Source: Prochlorococcus sp. AG-347-J20
GTDB lineage: Bacteria; Cyanobacteriota; Cyanobacteriia; PCC-6307; Cyanobiaceae
Assembly (NCBI GenBank): GCA_003281485.1
Contig: QCBW01000008.1
Location: 2,925-66,924 of the forward strand
DNA length: 64,000 nucleotides
Direction: 5' to 3'
Shown: positions 62,927 through 64,000 of the stretch, piece by piece
Numbering within the stretch: the stretch's first letter is position 1
Layout: each line of letters starts with the position of its first letter
Notes under the pieces: generated by a model
Database searches by the model: none
What the model was told of the DNA's origin: nothing
What the model saw: only the letters and a program-made list of their open reading frames with translations
Made by a program: the position numbers and the translations under genes

Positions 62927-64000
62927 ATGGCTGATTTTTATCAAATACTTGGAGTTTCACGAGATGCTGATGCTGATACCTTAAAAAGGGCTTATAGAAA
63001 ATTAGCAAGACAATATCATCCTGACGTTAATAAAGAACCTGGTGCTGAAGATAAATTTAAAGAAATTGGTAAGGCTTATGAAGCATTAGCTGATCCTGAA
63101 ACTAGAGCAAGATATGATCAGTTTGGAGAGGCTGGCCTTGGAGGTGCGGCTGGAATGCCTGATATGGGCGATATGGGTGGGTTTGCAGATTTATTTGAAA
63201 CCTTTTTTAATGGCTTTGGAGGGCAAACTCCACAGGGAGGAAGAACTCAAAGAAGAGGTCCTCAACAAGGAGATGATTTAAGATATGACCTTAATGTTGA
63301 TTTTAAAGATGCAATATTTGGCCAACAAAGAGAAATTACAATTCCTCATCTTGAGACATGTGAAGTCTGTAGGGGAACAGGTGCCAAACCAGGAACCGGA
63401 CCAAAAACTTGTACAACTTGTGGAGGAAGTGGACAAGTTAGAAGAGCTACGAGAACACCTTTTGGGAATTTCACACAAGTAGCTGAATGTCCTTCATGTA
63501 ATGGAACTGGTCAAATAATCTCAGATCCATGTATAAGTTGCGGTGGTAATGGAGTAAAGCAAGTCAGGAAAAAATTACGAATTAATATTCCTGCAGGAGT
63601 TGATACTGGTACTAAATTAAGAGTTTCCGGAGAGGGAAATGTTGGTTTGAAAGGAGGCCCACCTGGGGATCTTTATGTTTTTATCAAGGTGAAGAATGAT
63701 TCGAAATTAAAAAGAGATGGTGTGACTATTTATTCAGAAATAGTTGTGAGTTATTTACAGGCAATTTTAGGAGATACTGTTGAAATTACCACAGTTGATG
63801 GCAAAGTTAATTTAAAAATTCCAAGTGGTACGCAACCAAATACAACTCTTTCACTTGAGAATAAAGGGGTACCTAGACTTGGTAATCCAGTTGCCAGAGG
63901 AAATCATGAAGTTCTAGTAAAGGTAAAATTGCCAACTCGTATAACTGATGTAGAGCGAAATCTTTTAGAGGATTTAGCTTCTCAGTATTCAGATAAAAAT
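62927..64000 (+). CDS. dnaJ: Molecular chaperone DnaJ (3' end truncated by the window)
   Basis: My manual translation gives [35 protein letters not shown] (J domain with HPD), a G/F-rich linker and a 4x CxxCxGxG zinc finger. The frame stays open to the last base (358 codons). It is absent from the ORF track because it has no stop. Confidence 0.95.
   Translation, partial: MADFYQILGVSRDADADTLKRAYRKLARQYHPDVNKEPGAEDKFKEIGKAYEALADPETRARYDQFGEAGLGGAAGMPDMGDMGGFADLFETFFNGFGGQTPQGGRTQRRGPQQGDDLRYDLNVDFKDAIFGQQREITIPHLETCEVCRGTGAKPGTGPKTCTTCGGSGQVRRATRTPFGNFTQVAECPSCNGTGQIISDPCISCGGNGVKQVRKKLRINIPAGVDTGTKLRVSGEGNVGLKGGPPGDLYVFIKVKNDSKLKRDGVTIYSEIVVSYLQAILGDTVEITTVDGKVNLKIPSGTQPNTTLSLENKGVPRLGNPVARGNHEVLVKVKLPTRITDVERNLLEDLASQYSDKN

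Overview
Visibly AT-rich (roughly one-third G+C by eye), very gene-dense window. About 55 CDS and 1 tRNA are packed with many 1-10 nt gaps and ATGA/TAATG start-stop overlaps. From memory (no search run), the gene content and order match the conserved core chromosome of a high-light-adapted Prochlorococcus-type marine picocyanobacterium. The window spans the conventional genome zero point: ...recN-uvrA / ABC1 kinase / thrC | 336-bp non-coding DnaA-box region | dnaN - PRC-barrel protein - purL - purF - gyrA-like - TPR - queG - DUF502 - nusB - ftsY - rsbU-like - argH - rbp - dusA - msrB - grpE - dnaJ. The left two thirds are also housekeeping: valS, tRNA-Val, mazG-speE-speB, gcvT, aspS, pyrG, queE-queC-pabB-pabC, cobA, ppk, a sigma-70 factor, aroG, acnB, ClC, purU, dnaK, aroE, rpsF, argG, mraY, sps. 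I see no transposase, integrase, phage gene, CRISPR array, restriction/defence gene, toxin-antitoxin pair or compositional island. I therefore do NOT find a convincing novel multi-gene system here. The items most worth a second look are modest. (1) The putative oriC with a tandem DnaA-box pair. (2) The uncharacterised double PRC-barrel protein wedged between dnaN and purL. (3) An orphan GyrA/ParC-like subunit with a degenerate C-terminal domain about 6 kb from oriC. (4) An MsrB carrying a twin-arginine signal. (5) An orphan RsbU/SpoIIE phosphatase with an unassigned N-terminal domain. (6) In-frame tandem DNA repeats in ftsY and in a Gly/Asn/Tyr-rich RRM protein. (7) A queE-queC-pabB-pabC translationally coupled cluster. 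Several ORF-track starts look over-extended and were trimmed. Two edge-truncated genes absent from the track were added (TVP38-like at 1..161, dnaJ at 62927..64000).
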